64,000 bases of DNA from Basidiobolus meristosporus CBS 931.73 (taxonomy: Eukaryota > Fungi > Basidiobolomycota), in NCBI GenBank assembly GCA_002104905.1, contig MCFE01000104.1, positions 1 to 64,000 of the forward strand, given 5' to 3'. The notes beneath the pieces are model-generated. The model was given only the letters and a program-made list of their open reading frames with translations, did no database searches and had not been told where the DNA came from. A program made the position numbers and the translations under genes. Positions 1-13,060 of the stretch are shown in pieces. How positions within the stretch are numbered: the stretch's first letter is position 1; each line of letters opens with the position of its first letter.

Positions 1-1229
1 TCTTGACTATTTCTGGATTTCTCTGGGCCATTGCATCTATCCTTTCAGCCGCTAGACCTAGTTGCTTCAATAATGCTTTGGTATGAGCTCACAACATACT
101 TGCTAATATGAGTGGTGGTGATGTTATGACAGCCACTTGCTGGTCATCAACTGAGGGTATCACATTTGTTACATTCTCTTCTGCCTGAGCATAATAGTCA
201 GCTTGTAGTTCTGCAGAGGTTCTCAATTGCCTACCTGACTGAGAGCCTGAGGAGTCTGCATTATTATCTTCAGTGGGCACAATGTTAACATGGTCTTTTT
301 TGGATGTATCACTACTTGTTGCACAAGATATCAAAGCAAGCTGTGGTCCAACTGTTGTGGTGGTATAGAGGTACTCCTGGGAGAAGCTACACAACTCAAG
401 ATGTTTGAGGTGTCTGACGGGTGCAATAATCTCTGGCTCTAAACTGCAGGTGTCTTTGTCAATATGTCACTGTGGTAAAAGCTCCTGCTTCTCTAGCTTC
501 CTAGGTTCTCCAAGTGTCTCCAAAAGCCTCTCTGTGTCTTGTGCACTACCCCAAAAAGCTTGTTGATGGCAGGTCTGAGATGTACTGTGGAAGGCAGGTG
601 CAGTGATCAACTGCTAATCAATAAGGGAGAAGTTTTACTGATAGAAGCAATGATTTATTAATAAGGGAATTCTTTACCTTAAGCACTTTGCCTGATTGCC
701 AAGTGATTACTAATGACAAGGTTCTAGAAGATTCCAGGCATCATGCAATTCTTGATGGCATCACAATGAGCTAAATATGCCAAGAATATCCTGGAAAATT
801 CTAAAAGGCATAGCACATACAACCAATCAAGGATTGGTAGTCTGAAACCTGTGCAACATAGAAATACCACATATGGCATTAAAATGGTAGGGATGGTAAC
901 ATAGACCTAGGTCATATGTCATGGGTACCAACATGGGTATTTGCCTTATATAGATACATATACTGATCACAAAGCTGAATAACATCTGGGATAACAAATG
1001 CTAATAACTAATCAGGGAAAATATCATATGGGGATAATACTGATAAAATGGGTAAAAGAAGAATCAGATTTTACTGATAAGATAAAATATGGACAAGTAT
1101 ATCATAATGGCTATATGAATAAACTTGTCTGTGGGAGGTATGTATACCCTACCACACCATTCTTCTGCTGCTGTCAGTGGTGCAATTTGGTTGTGAACCA
1201 GACAACTTTGCTTTATTTTTGGGTGGCAT
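1..1229 (-). pseudogene. CACTA accessory ORF-X, copy A (5' part; starts MPPKNKAKLSGSQP, split by solo LTR)
   Basis: ATG at 1229 matches the ORF-X starts at 12711(-) and 16423(+). The downstream peptide (..ELQADYYAQAEENV..VAVITSPPLILASML) matches the other copies. Confidence 0.7.
356..1156 (-). mobile_element. Probable solo LTR (801 bp) inserted in ORF-X
   Basis: Absent from copies B and D. Ends are TGTGGT...ACCACA (6-bp inverted). TATA-like CTATATAAGG near 945-954 and AATAAA near 656-661 on the minus strand. Flanks CTGT/CCAT fit a 4-bp TSD CCGT decayed at CpG. Confidence 0.7.
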
Positions 1230-3331
1230 ATATATGGAAGTGAGTCAAGCCATAAGGGAGATAGTGTTACATATATGTGTGTATGTGGGGCCACAAATGT
1301 ATTTATGATGCATGCTATGGCAGGTCAAAATTGACTCTTACTTACATATTGGTGCAATGTCTCAAATTCAAGACTGTCTTGAATACACATGAGTACTGGC
1401 CAAAAAGTGATACAATAGCATTACATTGTTAAAGGTCAGTCTGTTTGCCCCATGGACAAGACTACTTTGACTCAATGCCATAAGAGAAGAGAAAAAAGAC
1501 CATGTGGCTATTGTGGCAAGCCTCTTAGTCATGAAGCGCACTGGTAGCATAGGAGGTATTACAAGGATCACAGCTGGTGTTCTGCCACACAATTTGTATT
1601 TGACCATTCATTAGTCACTACTGAGCTAACAATATCTTGCTGGCTAGTTGATACTTCTATATTGGTCCCTGGCCATCTTTGTCACCTTGTGCAAACTGAG
1701 TCAGGTGAGTTGGTGATGCCTTTGGGCTCACCTCAGCCTTCTGAATTTGGCATGCAGAGTGATAGCTCTGACAAAGAAGGTTCACTGATGGATTGTGAGC
1801 CTATCTCCCTTAACAACAGTACCATGTTTGAGCCAGGCCAAGTCCCAACATGAAATTAGACAACACTTGTTGAAACAAATGCCAAGTGTACTTTATGGAA
1901 CCAAGTGAGCCCAGCAATCCATCTACTGGTGAATACTGTAATATTGTGGCTAGAGAAGTGGGGTGTTTCCACTAATATTAGTGATGGGGGCTTTGAGGAA
2001 TTATGACTACTTCTTGCCAAAATCATTCTGGGATGCAACTTACCATGAACATGGACAAGTGGACAACTGTCACATGGCTGGCAACATATGATCCAGTAGC
2101 TCTCCTGATTCCAGCATGTGATAACAGTTTCATGGTATTCACATTCAATAATGCTACCATTGCAATGTGTCCAAATAGTCAGAAATCCACTACCACTGAG
2201 GGAAAGCATTGTTAACAATCTGGATACATCCAGTAATACCAAATGTGAGGAAGCCAATGCAGTCTGACAAATATTGGAAAGCTTTACAGTACTGCACTCA
2301 GTATCAATCAAGTGCAAACATATCAAATGTATTCCATGGCAAACATTACTAACAGCTAAGACACCAGGGCTGCTTTGAAGGTATGTAGGACCATGCCTTT
2401 GCCTTAGCACTTGATGGAATCTCATTAAACAAGTACTCTACCAGCAAATCCTGATGGCCACTAATTTTCATGTATCTGAATCTGCAACCCATCTTATGGT
2501 ATCAGAGCAATAATCTGATGGTAGTTGCACCGGTGTCTGGGCCTAAATCACTGTACAACCTGAACAACTACCTGTATTCATTGCTGGATGAGCTTTGTAT
2601 GCTTTCCAGTAAGATAACAGTAAATGGCCATCATGCAAAAGTGCATATTAGTATCTGCATTGGAGATACCCCAGCCATTATCAAGATAGCCAGCTTTTCT
2701 GGGCACAATAGAGGGTATTGCTGTTGAATGTGTGAGATCTAGGGGACTTACTCCATAACTCACACACATTATCATTACTCAAACACCAGCACTAAGAAAA
2801 TCATCTTCCACAAAGAGAATGTACAGAAGTCAACATGCAATTGTAGCAAAGTTGGCAAGCTATAAGCCATTGGCCAGAATACAAATCAATCAGACACCGG
2901 AGATACTTCAGATAGAGGGTATCTGCTGGAGCAAAAGCTGTCCACTGAGAGCAATGCACTTGCTTTTCAACAATGAACCTCTACTGAGGATCAAGTTGTA
3001 CATGGGGTATTTCAAGCTAAATGAGCCCTTTGAGATACCAGAGATATTTCAATGAATTGTCAAGATATTACAGAGTGTCTGATACCCTAAGTACTTCTTA
3101 TGGGATCCAATCAGTATTCATATACATATGCAACTATACAAATGCAAAGACTGAATGAACTGGATAGGTATTCATTCAAGTGGTGTTCTGATGCTATTCC
3201 TACCAAGAGTACATTGGAAGCAATGGGAGTCATGTGTGGACATTGTAGGAATATTTATCCAGAAATGGATTACCAATATCAATTTGATCCATCTACTGCT
3301 GTTGTGCAAGGAGTTTCTAATAGGATTTGAG

Positions 3332-3699
3332 TGTTACAAGTCTTGGTATAAGAGTTGTAGAGGAATAGGGAGTTTAGCTAGTATTGTATTCACTAAAACT
3401 TGAACTGATTTTTATTGAGGTTCCAGCAGCTCCTTATATACATTTTGCCAGATCAATTGCTGACTAATTGTATTTCCTAATGTAGGTTGCGGCTGATGAC
3501 TCATTTGATTGCATCATCATCACCCAATAAGATCCTACTTAATATATCTATTTCTGTCTGATAAGGATCTGCTGATTCATTTGCTGACTAATGCTACTGA
3601 TTTCATAGATAATACTGATATACTGATAACCTAAACATATACTAATTGATTTGACTAAAAACTGATCTAACTTAAACACTCAAGCGGCAGATCATAACA
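3332..3699 (-). repeat. Gypsy-1 3' LTR
   Basis: Identical to 7902-8269; preceded on the minus strand by the PPT. Confidence 0.95.
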
Positions 3700-3709
3700 T
3701 TCTCCCCTA
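3700..3709 (-). promoter_or_regulatory. Gypsy-1 polypurine tract (TAGGGGAGAA)
   Basis: Purine run directly upstream of the 3' LTR and directly after the pol stop codon. Confidence 0.8.
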
Positions 3710-6700
3710 CTAAGGTTGAGAGGGTTCTCCTGAATCTCTTTTCTTGTGATACCAATATCTTGATGGTTCAGTATTATCAGCAAGTCTTGCAAGCTTGAGT
3801 CTGTCCCTATGCACTAAGTCTTCCCGGATATTACCTTGCTTGTCCACCAGTTGGTAAGTTGCAAATGGACATTCTCTGATGATCTTGAATGGTCCTGTCC
3901 ATTGTGGCTCAAACTTCTTCCGAGTGTTGTTTCTTAGCAATACAAAGTTCCCAACTGTCAATGCTTCTGGTGCTATAGTCTTATCAAATCTCTGCTTCAT
4001 CTTTTCTGCACTTTGAGATACTTTGGTCTGTGCCTCTTGACGTCTTTGTTCCAGTTGCTGGTTTCTACTTGGCTGACTAAGTTCATCTTCTAAGGCATCT
4101 GTAAGCTTGGGTTGTGTGAGATCTCCTGGAATCCTAGGTTCACATCCATAAACTAAGTAAAATGGTGATTGCTGGGTGGTGTTGTGTACTCTGACTCTGC
4201 ATGCAAAGAGTGCTTGGTCTATATACTCATCCCATCTACTGACAACTCCATTTGCATACTTAGTCAGCATTTTTCCAAATAATCCATTAAACCGCTCAGT
4301 GACTCCATTAGTTCTGGGGTGATATGCCGAGGTTTTCAAGTGTCTGATCTGCTGCATTTCCAGGTAAGCCTCTAATGTCTTTGCCATAAAGTTTGCACCT
4401 CTATCGGATAAGATCTCCACAGGGCATCCAAACTTCATCAGGATCTCATGGTAAATGAAACTTGCAACTTCTTGTTCACTGGCTATTGGTACAGCTTTAG
4501 CAACTGGCCATTTAGTGGCATGGTCAATAGCTACTAGGATCCAACGGTTACATTTCCTGGTAGTTGGCAGTCTTCCAATAAAGTCAATTCCCCATCTCTC
4601 AAATGGTCTGACAGGCTCCAAAGGGAAGAGTTCGGCAATTCTTTGTGGCTGGCCCTGATTGATTTGGCAGTTTGGGCATGTTTTCACTAGCTTCTCAATA
4701 TCTTGTTTCATTCTGGGCCACCATGCTCTGGCTTTCACAAGGCTATAGGTTCCTTCAATCCCAAGATGTCCATATCCATTGTGTAGCTTATGTATTAAAT
4801 CCAGGCGAGCAACATAAGGACAATAGGCAATAGGGCTTCCATCAACAATTCGGTAGAGTGTTTCATCCTGTACAACAAATTTGCTGGCTTCATCCCGGAT
4901 TATCTTCTTGATATCTTCATCCACCTCATTAGGAATGGCTTGGTCCTCCAAGTACTTTGGTAATAGGCTAGGCCAATCTGATTCATGCACCAAGTTGAGT
5001 TGTGCAACTTGATCTAATCTTGATAAGGCATCAGCAACCGTGTTGTTTTTTCCAGGGCAGTAGACAATCTCCAGGTCAAATTGCTGAATGTATTCACTCC
5101 ATCTTGTCATTCTTCTAGAGAGTACCTTCTGAGTAAATATATACTTGAGGGAGGCATGATCAGTCTTCACAGTGCATTTGACTCCTTCAATATAGCATCT
5201 CCATGTCTTCAAACAGTGTATTATAGCAAGCATCTCCTTCTCATGGACTGGATAGTTTTGTTCTGCTGAGTTCAGTTTCTTGGATTCAAAGGCAACAGGG
5301 TAGTCCTTTCCCTCGTGTTCTTGGCTCAGCACTCCACCAATTGCATAATCTGAAGCATCTGTGCATAGAGTGAACTCTTTTCTGAAGTCTGGTATTCTTA
5401 GGCTTGGCAACTTAGCAAGTTCATTCTTTAGCGTCTGGAAGGCAGTCTCACAAGCTATGTCCCACTTGTAGGTATTGTCTTTCTTGAGGATATCAGTTAA
5501 AGGGGCTGCAATACTTGCAAATGACTTGACAAATCTCCGATAATAGGAAACCATTCCAAGGAAGGATCTGAGTTCTGATATGCTATGGGGCTGCTTCAAA
5601 TTCTTGATTACTTCCACCTTCTTGGGGTCTAAGGTTACTCCTGTGCTAGTCACTATGTGTCCCAGATATTCTACGTGTTCCTTGAAGAATTCACACTTGG
5701 CTAGCTTGCCATATAGCTTGTTCTCTCTTAGTTTCTTCAACACCTTTTCAATGTGTACCATGTGATCCTTTTCTGTCTTGCTGTATATCAATATGTCATC
5801 CAGGTAGATTATCACAAACTTGTCTAAGTACTCCTGAAAGACAGTCTGCATCAGCGTCATGAATGTTGCAGGGGCATTAGTGAGGCCAAAACTCATGACT
5901 AAGTACTCGTAATGTCCATATCTGGTCCTGAATGCTGTCTTAGGGATATCTTCTGGTTTCACCCTAATCTGGTTGTATCCTGACATGAGGTTGATCTTGC
6001 TGAAAATAGTGGCTCCATTAAGTTGGTCCAAAAGCTCATCAATCCGAGGTATGGGGTACTTATTCTTGACGGTAACTGAGTTCAGGGCTCTGTAGTCAAT
6101 GCACATCCTAAGTGTTCCATCCTTCTTTTTCACAAAAAGCACTGGTGCTCCCCAGGGTGACTTGCTGGGCCTGATGTATCCTTGCTCCAATAGCTGATCA
6201 ATTTGTCTCTTCATTTCCTCCAATTCCAATGGACTCATTCTGTAAGGTGTCTTGCTCACTGGAGGGCTATCTCCTGTGTCAATGGCATGATCCACATCTC
6301 TGACTGGTGGTAGGCTTACAAGCTCATCTGGAAACACGTCTGAATATTTCTCCAAGAGAGTCTGGACCTGCTGGGGTGCTGGGGTAGAGGAATCCTCCTG
6401 TAATATCGCCATGAGGAACATCTGGGTACCTTTTCTAAGTGCTCTACAGAACTGGGTCTTGCTAAGTTCACTTGTCTCACACACACTGGAATTGACCAAG
6501 TTGAAATCCAGCCTGGCAGGTAATAGCTCATAGGTCTTGTTGTCTTTTTGGATCTGAGTAGCATGGGTTCTCCAGTTGATTGATGGATTACGACAAAATA
6601 GCCAGGTTTTCCCAAGTACAAGGTCAAACTTGCAGTTCCCAAATATATAAGCCTGTAGGTCTTCTTCATAGTCATTGATCTTCATTCTTACTGGCTGGGT

Positions 6701-7843
6701 AATACGGTTGATTATGTGGGAGTTCCCATCAGCTGTGGAGACTGAAGTTGATTTGGTAGGTTCCGAGTTGATTCCAGCTTTCAAAGCAAATTGCTCTGAC
6801 ATGTACTCATGCGATGCTCCTGAGTCAATCATGATCTTGGCAGGTACTCCATTGATTGCTCCATTCAGGTACAATAACTTCCCTGAGTTTGAAGTCATTT
6901 GGGACAAGTACTCTTCTGTCATATGGAAGGTGAGTTCTGAGTCTTCTTCAAGCTCATCTTTCACATTACTGTGTTCATGGGACTCAATATGGTAGAAGGT
7001 TCTTGTTGGCTGGTGTCCATTTCTTCTCTGAGGGCAGTACTTTGCAATATGTCCCTGCTGGTGGCAATTGAAGCAAAGTCCTCTCTTCTTGCATTCTTCT
7101 GAGGAGGGATTCTTCTGCATAGCGTCTATTTCCATTGGTACTGCTTCTGATTGTCTTCTTTCATAATGATTATAGCCTTTCTGATTAGTCACTGTAGGCT
7201 TCCCAACTCCAAACATAGCTGAGTCATAGTCAATGGCAATCTTGATGGCTTCTTCAATAGTCTGAGGTCTTCGGTAATTGACTTCCTTGCGAGTTCTTTC
7301 TTTCAACCCATCAATAAAGTATTCAACTTGATCCAAGGGGTCCATTCCTTCAATTTGTCCAAGTAGACATCTGTACTCATAGATGTATTCTTGCACCATT
7401 CCTTTCTGTCTGAGTGTCTTTAACTTCCTTCTTAGTAGTGTCTGCTGGTGTGGAGGTTCAAAAGCATCCTGAATTTCCGACACAAACTCATCCCAGGTAG
7501 AGATTGTAGAGCATCCCATCATAGTAGCTGACCTGATCTTGTTGTGGTACCACTGTAAAGCTGCATCTGCCAGGTAAGAAGCTGCATAATGCAACTTGCT
7601 CTCTGGAGCAATTCCTTTAGCTTTAAAAGCTTCTTCAATCTGAAAGAGCCAAGTTCCCAGGTTTTCATTGACTCTGCCATGGTACCGGTTGACCTTCACA
7701 CTAAAGTTGCTCTTGACAGGGCTTTGCTGGCTCTGAGCCATGGTAGTCATTCCTTGTTGCTGTTGGCTGAGGATCTGGAGTAGCTGTTGCTGTTGGGCCA
7801 GGATTTGCTGCATGGCATTCTTCCATTCTTGATTGTCCGACAT
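3710..7843 (-). CDS. Gypsy-1 Gag-Pol polyprotein, 1377 aa, single frame (Gag, CCHC knuckle, protease, RT, RNase H, integrase)
   Basis: [14 protein letters not shown] knuckle; IDSGAS protease; YLDD RT motif; TDAS..E..TDH..ADALS RNase H; HHCC zinc finger, D-D-E core and GPF motif of integrase. No chromodomain seen. First RT catalytic Asp reads Asn (SKINLMSGY). Confidence 0.95.
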   Translation of the reverse strand: MSDNQEWKNAMQQILAQQQQLLQILSQQQQGMTTMAQSQQSPVKSNFSVKVNRYHGRVNENLGTWLFQIEEAFKAKGIAPESKLHYAASYLADAALQWYHNKIRSATMMGCSTISTWDEFVSEIQDAFEPPHQQTLLRRKLKTLRQKGMVQEYIYEYRCLLGQIEGMDPLDQVEYFIDGLKERTRKEVNYRRPQTIEEAIKIAIDYDSAMFGVGKPTVTNQKGYNHYERRQSEAVPMEIDAMQKNPSSEECKKRGLCFNCHQQGHIAKYCPQRRNGHQPTRTFYHIESHEHSNVKDELEEDSELTFHMTEEYLSQMTSNSGKLLYLNGAINGVPAKIMIDSGASHEYMSEQFALKAGINSEPTKSTSVSTADGNSHIINRITQPVRMKINDYEEDLQAYIFGNCKFDLVLGKTWLFCRNPSINWRTHATQIQKDNKTYELLPARLDFNLVNSSVCETSELSKTQFCRALRKGTQMFLMAILQEDSSTPAPQQVQTLLEKYSDVFPDELVSLPPVRDVDHAIDTGDSPPVSKTPYRMSPLELEEMKRQIDQLLEQGYIRPSKSPWGAPVLFVKKKDGTLRMCIDYRALNSVTVKNKYPIPRIDELLDQLNGATIFSKINLMSGYNQIRVKPEDIPKTAFRTRYGHYEYLVMSFGLTNAPATFMTLMQTVFQEYLDKFVIIYLDDILIYSKTEKDHMVHIEKVLKKLRENKLYGKLAKCEFFKEHVEYLGHIVTSTGVTLDPKKVEVIKNLKQPHSISELRSFLGMVSYYRRFVKSFASIAAPLTDILKKDNTYKWDIACETAFQTLKNELAKLPSLRIPDFRKEFTLCTDASDYAIGGVLSQEHEGKDYPVAFESKKLNSAEQNYPVHEKEMLAIIHCLKTWRCYIEGVKCTVKTDHASLKYIFTQKVLSRRMTRWSEYIQQFDLEIVYCPGKNNTVADALSRLDQVAQLNLVHESDWPSLLPKYLEDQAIPNEVDEDIKKIIRDEASKFVVQDETLYRIVDGSPIAYCPYVARLDLIHKLHNGYGHLGIEGTYSLVKARAWWPRMKQDIEKLVKTCPNCQINQGQPQRIAELFPLEPVRPFERWGIDFIGRLPTTRKCNRWILVAIDHATKWPVAKAVPIASEQEVASFIYHEILMKFGCPVEILSDRGANFMAKTLEAYLEMQQIRHLKTSAYHPRTNGVTERFNGLFGKMLTKYANGVVSRWDEYIDQALFACRVRVHNTTQQSPFYLVYGCEPRIPGDLTQPKLTDALEDELSQPSRNQQLEQRRQEAQTKVSQSAEKMKQRFDKTIAPEALTVGNFVLLRNNTRKKFEPQWTGPFKIIRECPFATYQLVDKQGNIREDLVHRDRLKLARLADNTEPSRYWYHKKRDSGEPSQP

Positions 7844-7889
7844 CTTGAGGGTGGTTTCTTCTTTCTTCAGGAGGGAGGTTTCTGGTTAT

Positions 7890-7900
7890 CGCTGCTACCA
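7890..7900 (-). promoter_or_regulatory. Gypsy-1 primer-binding site TGGTAGCAGCG (probably 3' end of tRNA-iMet)
   Basis: Lies 1 nt after the 5' LTR and begins TGG. Complement CGCUGCUACCA fits a eukaryotic initiator tRNA acceptor end. The tRNA identity is inferred. Confidence 0.75.
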
Positions 7901-7901
7901 A

Positions 7902-8269
7902 TGTTACAAGTCTTGGTATAAGAGTTGTAGAGGAATAGGGAGTTTAGCTAGTATTGTATTCACTAAAACTTGAACTGATTTTTATTGAGGTTCCAGCAGC
8001 TCCTTATATACATTTTGCCAGATCAATTGCTGACTAATTGTATTTCCTAATGTAGGTTGCGGCTGATGACTCATTTGATTGCATCATCATCACCCAATAA
8101 GATCCTACTTAATATATCTATTTCTGTCTGATAAGGATCTGCTGATTCATTTGCTGACTAATGCTACTGATTTCATAGATAATACTGATATACTGATAAC
8201 CTAAACATATACTAATTGATTTGACTAAAAACTGATCTAACTTAAACACTCAAGCGGCAGATCATAACA
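7902..8269 (-). repeat. Gypsy-1 5' LTR
   Basis: Identical to 3332-3699. Confidence 0.95.
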
Positions 8270-9344
8270 TGAGCAACTATACTACCAACACAAAGCTGCA
8301 CAAGTAGATCCCTGCTGCTACTGTATCCATTCTCTATTCCATCTTGCTTGGTGTGGGGAGAATATTTGGTTTTGCTTCACCTTTTGGGAGTTTCCCGCAG
8401 AGCAGATGTGTGGGGAGACAGGAAGACAAGTTGAGTTGCATGTACTACCATATCTCAATCTTATCATGAATATTACCTTCAAGTCCATCATGCATGTGAT
8501 GAGTTGACACATGGAGGACAGCCAGGAAGAGTTAGAAAATACTGAGGATAGATGTGCACATAGAGACACCTATGCTTATGCCTTTAGGAAGCTAAGCAGC
8601 CCAATGCATGGGTAATCAGTTAAGAAATGCAAAGCTGCATTGTGCACAACAAGCAACTAATTTTTATTTGGAAAACTCTACCAAGGTATGCCGGATCTCT
8701 CATGTTCACAAGCCAACTCCTACACTATGCAATATGGAATTTACACAAACAAGAGCCAGAGCTTACCTATAAGGGGGACTTGAATGCAATAGGGAGAAGG
8801 AATATATTGGCTAAATACCAAGATGTTCTTTGCAGAGATTCAGGAGGTATTCATGGCAGATAATGCCAAGAAGTTCTTTGGGGATGTTCAGAAAGTAATT
8901 GTGGCAGAAGTGGCAACAACCAAGCATAAGTATTCAAGATGTATATGTTACCAGCAGTACAGGGTATATGGCAACTTTGCAAGTATCTCACTAAATAGCC
9001 ATAAAGTTGAGGTGATAGAAGTATTTCAACTATGGCAGGTGTGCATGTTTGTAGAGGTTAGTAAGCAGGAGGCCATAATTTTTTTTGATTCAAACTATAT
9101 GTGGCACACCCAAGGTAATAGTGGGCAACCAAATAAAGAGGGGTGATTCTACAGAGGAATACATGATTTGTCCAAGGGGAGGTAGAAAAAGGGAATACTA
9201 TTTGGTAAATTGATATGGTAGCATTATACAGATCTAGTTATAGGCCACCATACTGCCATAATAGTGCCATCAGAGTCTTGCTGTGAGGCTGTTAAAATAC
9301 TGGATTTCCAGGCCAGTTGGATCCATTCAAAATAGTGTGGCGTG

Positions 9345-10366
9345 TGAAAAACTGGTGGCTACCCCAATGGAGACAAAGCTTAACTTGGTCAAAACTCATC
9401 CACATCCAGAGAGCTTGGAGCCATACAAAAGTCCAGAATTCCCTCACAGTTCTATAGTTGACAATCTGGTATGTATGATGCTCAGTACATGTCTGGGTAC
9501 TTCATATTCAGTGGAAGTTGTCAGCCAGCATAGTCTGAACTATAGCTCTGACTATATTGCAGCAGTTAAGCATATTTTAGATGCCTAAAAGGTGCTGCTG
9601 ATAGCTGCTTAAGATGCACCTATAAAGATTCAAACCAAGATTATGTGAAATACTCTCATGGTGATTGGGGACAAATATTAGACCACAGAAGATCCACAAC
9701 TGGCTGCACCTTTCTCAAGGGTAATGGAGCAATATAATGGAATTTAAGAAAGCAACCAGCAATGGCACCTTCTACCAAAGAAGCTGAGTATATGGCAGCC
9801 TGTGAGGCTACAAAAGAAGCAATGTGGCTAAGAAAGCATTGTGAAGACTTAGGCCTATATCAGAAAATACATATTACTTTGTTTCCCAATATTCAGGGAT
9901 ATACACAATTAGGTAGAAGTCAAACTTTTCATGCTAGAACTGGCATATATATATTAGATATTATTTCATATATGAAGCTATAAAGAATAACTTGGTTATC
10001 TTAGGTTACTGTTCTATGGATGAAATGATTGCAGCCATTTTCACCTGATCATTATCTGTAGACAAACTTGAACATCTCAGGTCAAAATTAAGACAGGTCA
10101 GTATAAACATTCAGTTGAGTGATAGTGTTGTAAAGATTTGTAATTTCACCCAAATATTCACCTCACTTGTTTACTTATATCACTACATACAAATCTCAGA
10201 GAAGACTAACCAAATTCTGTGTCAGGAGTTACTTATAATCTTTTCATCAAGATGTCAGGTACAAAGACCATGAGATTTCTCAAAGTTGTCCAAACAGCCC
10301 CAAACATTTTACACCTGCTCCTGGGACCTCCTTGAGCCTTTTCTGTATGTTTGTTGTGCTAAGACC
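9345..10366 (+). mobile_element. Copia fragment: degenerate RT/RNase H end plus partial 3' LTR (10126-10366) cut by CACTA copy D
   Basis: Peptides TPMETKLNLVKT and STKEAEYMAACEATKEAMWLRK match the Copia at 27191-31861. The LTR start TGTTGTAAAG at 10126 matches the family LTR up to AAGACC. Confidence 0.85.
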
Positions 10367-13060
10367 CCCTATGCAAAACTAATGTGATGATTCCATCATG
10401 GGGCCATCACAGATACTAAGTCCTGTGACTAAGAGATATAGTTTCCATCAGGGCTCTGTGCAATGGCCATCAGAAAATAATTGCACTCCAGATATCTAAA
10501 AAACTTGGTCAAAATTTTTCATCACAACAATACAAAAGTGGCCTTTGATTGGTTCTCTGCCAATTTTCTAACTTTCTAATCCCAGACACCCTATTGCCTC
10601 CTACATTGGTGTGCATTGATTGGCTATTGCCTCTTTTTTGCACCCCTTATTACCTGACTCAACTCTTACTCTTATTTTTCATGCATTCAAGCTGATTTAT
10701 TTCCACTGAAACTTCAGTTGTACCTCAATTGCCAATTGTATTGACCTATATAAGTCCTATACTCTACACTAACATTACGCCTAACCCCAACTCAACTTGT
10801 AACTCCATTAGAATCCACCACTCAATAAGTATTTTGGCTGTAACACTCTGTTTCCACAACTTTGGTGGGAACCCTACAGCTTGATGCCATTGCTCATTCA
10901 CTAGTTCCCACACATCCTGGTCTTCAGCTGGCACTGCAAGGTCTAGCTCCTCATCAGCCATTCTCTGCAATAACTCCTTGCAATATTCAAGTGTGTTTTC
11001 CTGAGCACTGCTTCTGAAGAAGTACTGCAACCTCTTGGTATGCCTATTAATGTTCAAAAATTCCACTGAAGGCATTGTGAGAAGCATTAGAGTTCTTGAC
11101 ATTGCCACTTAGTCTGTCAGTGGGATCCCCTCTCTTTCAACAATGTAGGATGTGGTAGAAAAGTTGTCTTTCTCTGCAAACTCATCTACATCACTAGAGT
11201 GCAGCTCATCTGACCGTGCTTTCAACTCTTGTGAAAAAAACTATTTTCTTGTTAGTAATTCTTCTTGGCTATGATGGGATTCAGTCTGCTCCTGGCTAAC
11301 AATGTTAACTGGCAAGAACTGAAGCTTGTTTCTTACACTTCCCTGTCTCTGGCTTGGATAGACTTTTCCCCTTTACTTTTTCCCTTATCACTGCCAGGCC
11401 TTTCATTGCTACTTTGTCTGAGTGCCTCTTGTATTGAACTGCATTTTCTCCTTGATAAAGGCTGATCTGATGCATCTGTTTTGGTCTGTTTGTCCCTTGC
11501 TGGCACTCTGCAGGCAACTTGATGCTTGTTTCCTGCTTGTTTTGAGCACTCAGCCCATGTTATGATGGGCTCCTGAGGTAGCTGCTTCTTTTTATCACTG
11601 CCAGGTCCTTCATTGCTACTTTAACTGAGTGCTTCTTTAGTGGAAATATGCTTTTTTCTTGGTAAACATTGTGCTGGTACATTCGTGCCTGCCTGCTTGT
11701 CCCTAACTGGCACTCTTCCAGCTACCTGATTCTTCTCTGATGCTTGTTTAGAGCTTTTGGCCCTGCTTGTAGCAGGCTCATGATGAAGTTGCTGGTTTTT
11801 GGCCATTGCACCCTTGTTCTTTGGCCTTTCATAGCTTCTGCTATTCTTGATATACTTTCTTAGCATACCAATGCTAGTCAAAAGACTGTTTGATTGATTG
11901 AAACCAGGATAATGCTCATGGAGCAAGTCAAGTACATTCTGCTTGGTCTTGAGCTCCTGATGTGCCCATGGTATGCTGGCCTTGAGGTATTGACATCCTA
12001 GATTTCAAACAGCTTCATGGATCTTCAATGTTATTTAATTTTTAGGCTTTGGTATAGACACTACATTTTCTTCCTCCCATGCTGCAATAGGTCTTTCCAT
12101 GGGCTTTATATTTGGGCACTGTTTTTGTGCTTCAAAGACTGTATGGTGTTCCTCCGCTGTTACATTGGGAAATGGCTCAATTCTTGGATGTGAAATTAAG
12201 CTACTTAAGCTCCTTCTTTGCAGCAAAGATGCTGCTCTCTCTACCTGGGATATTAATTGCTCTGCATGTATTATCCACTCATCCTGCTTCAGGACTATTT
12301 CCTGATCTCTCTGGGCCATTGCATCTAGCCTATCAGCCACTGCACCAAATTGCTTCATTAATGCTTTGGTATGAAGTGACAGCATACTTGCTAATAGAGG
12401 CGGTGGTGATATTATGATGGCCACTTGTGGGTCTTCAACTGAAGGCACTGCTTTTGCTACATTCTTATCTGTCTCAGCAATATGGTTACCTAGCAGCTCT
12501 GCAGAGATTCCCAATTACCTACTTGACTCAGAACCTGAGGGGTCTGCATTATTCCCTTCAGTGGGCACACTATCCACAAGGCCATTTTTGGTCATTGCCC
12601 TGCTTGTTGCACTGAATGTCAAAGTAAGCTGTTGTCCAAGTGTACTTCTGCTGCTGTTGGCAGTGGGGCCTAGTTAGAAATCTGACAACTTGCTTTATTT
12701 TTTGGTGGCATATATATGAAGATGAGTCAACAAAAGGGGAAATAGTGTTACATATACATGTGTTTGTAACACATATATGTGTTGACTTGGTACCACAACG
12801 TTATTTATAATGCTTACTATGGCAGGTCATCATTGAATCTTACATTCATGTAGGTGCAATGTCTCAAATATAAGACTGCCTTAAATTCACATGAGTATTG
12901 ACAAAAAGTGATACAATAGTGTTGCATTGTTGAAGGTCAAACTGTTTGCCCCATGAACAAGACTACTTTAATTCAACACCATAAGAGAATAGAAAAAGAC
13001 CATTTGGCTATTGTAGCAAGCCTCTCAGCTATGAAGCATGCAGACAGCATAGGAAGTATA
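10367..13060 (+). mobile_element. CACTA copy D, left part (terminus CCCTATGCAAAA, ORF-X on minus strand, transposase start at 12953)
   Basis: Terminus and CCATCA-rich subterminal region match the reverse complement of 18500-18813. ORF-X fragments at 10764-12711(-). Confidence 0.85.

Larger units (their letters stand above)
3332..8269 (-). mobile_element. Gypsy-1: full-length Ty3/Gypsy LTR retrotransposon, 4938 bp
   Basis: Two 368-bp LTRs (3332-3699, 7902-8269), identical by eye, with TG...CA ends. 4-bp TSD TGAG (3328-3331 / 8270-8273). PBS, PPT and one long gag-pol ORF are present. Confidence 0.97.
1452..9146 (+). pseudogene. CACTA transposase pseudogene, copy A (about 900 codons once Gypsy-1 is removed)
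   Basis: An ATG conserved in all three copies is followed by a CxxC/H motif (RPCGYCGKPLSHEAH). Many TGA/TAG stops, consistent with CGA/CGG decay. The frame resumes after 8273. Confidence 0.75.
1..9336 (+). mobile_element. CACTA/CMC-EnSpm DNA transposon, copy A (degenerate; left end outside window, right terminus missing; interrupted by a solo LTR and by Gypsy-1)
   Basis: Colinear with the complete copy at 13061-18813. Transposase fragments show Transposase_21/Tnp2-like motifs (..LNLQPILWYQSNNLMVV..SGPKS..YSLLDEL..CIGDTPAIIKIASFSGHN). Similarity to copy B stops at about 9336, where Copia sequence begins. Confidence 0.85.
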
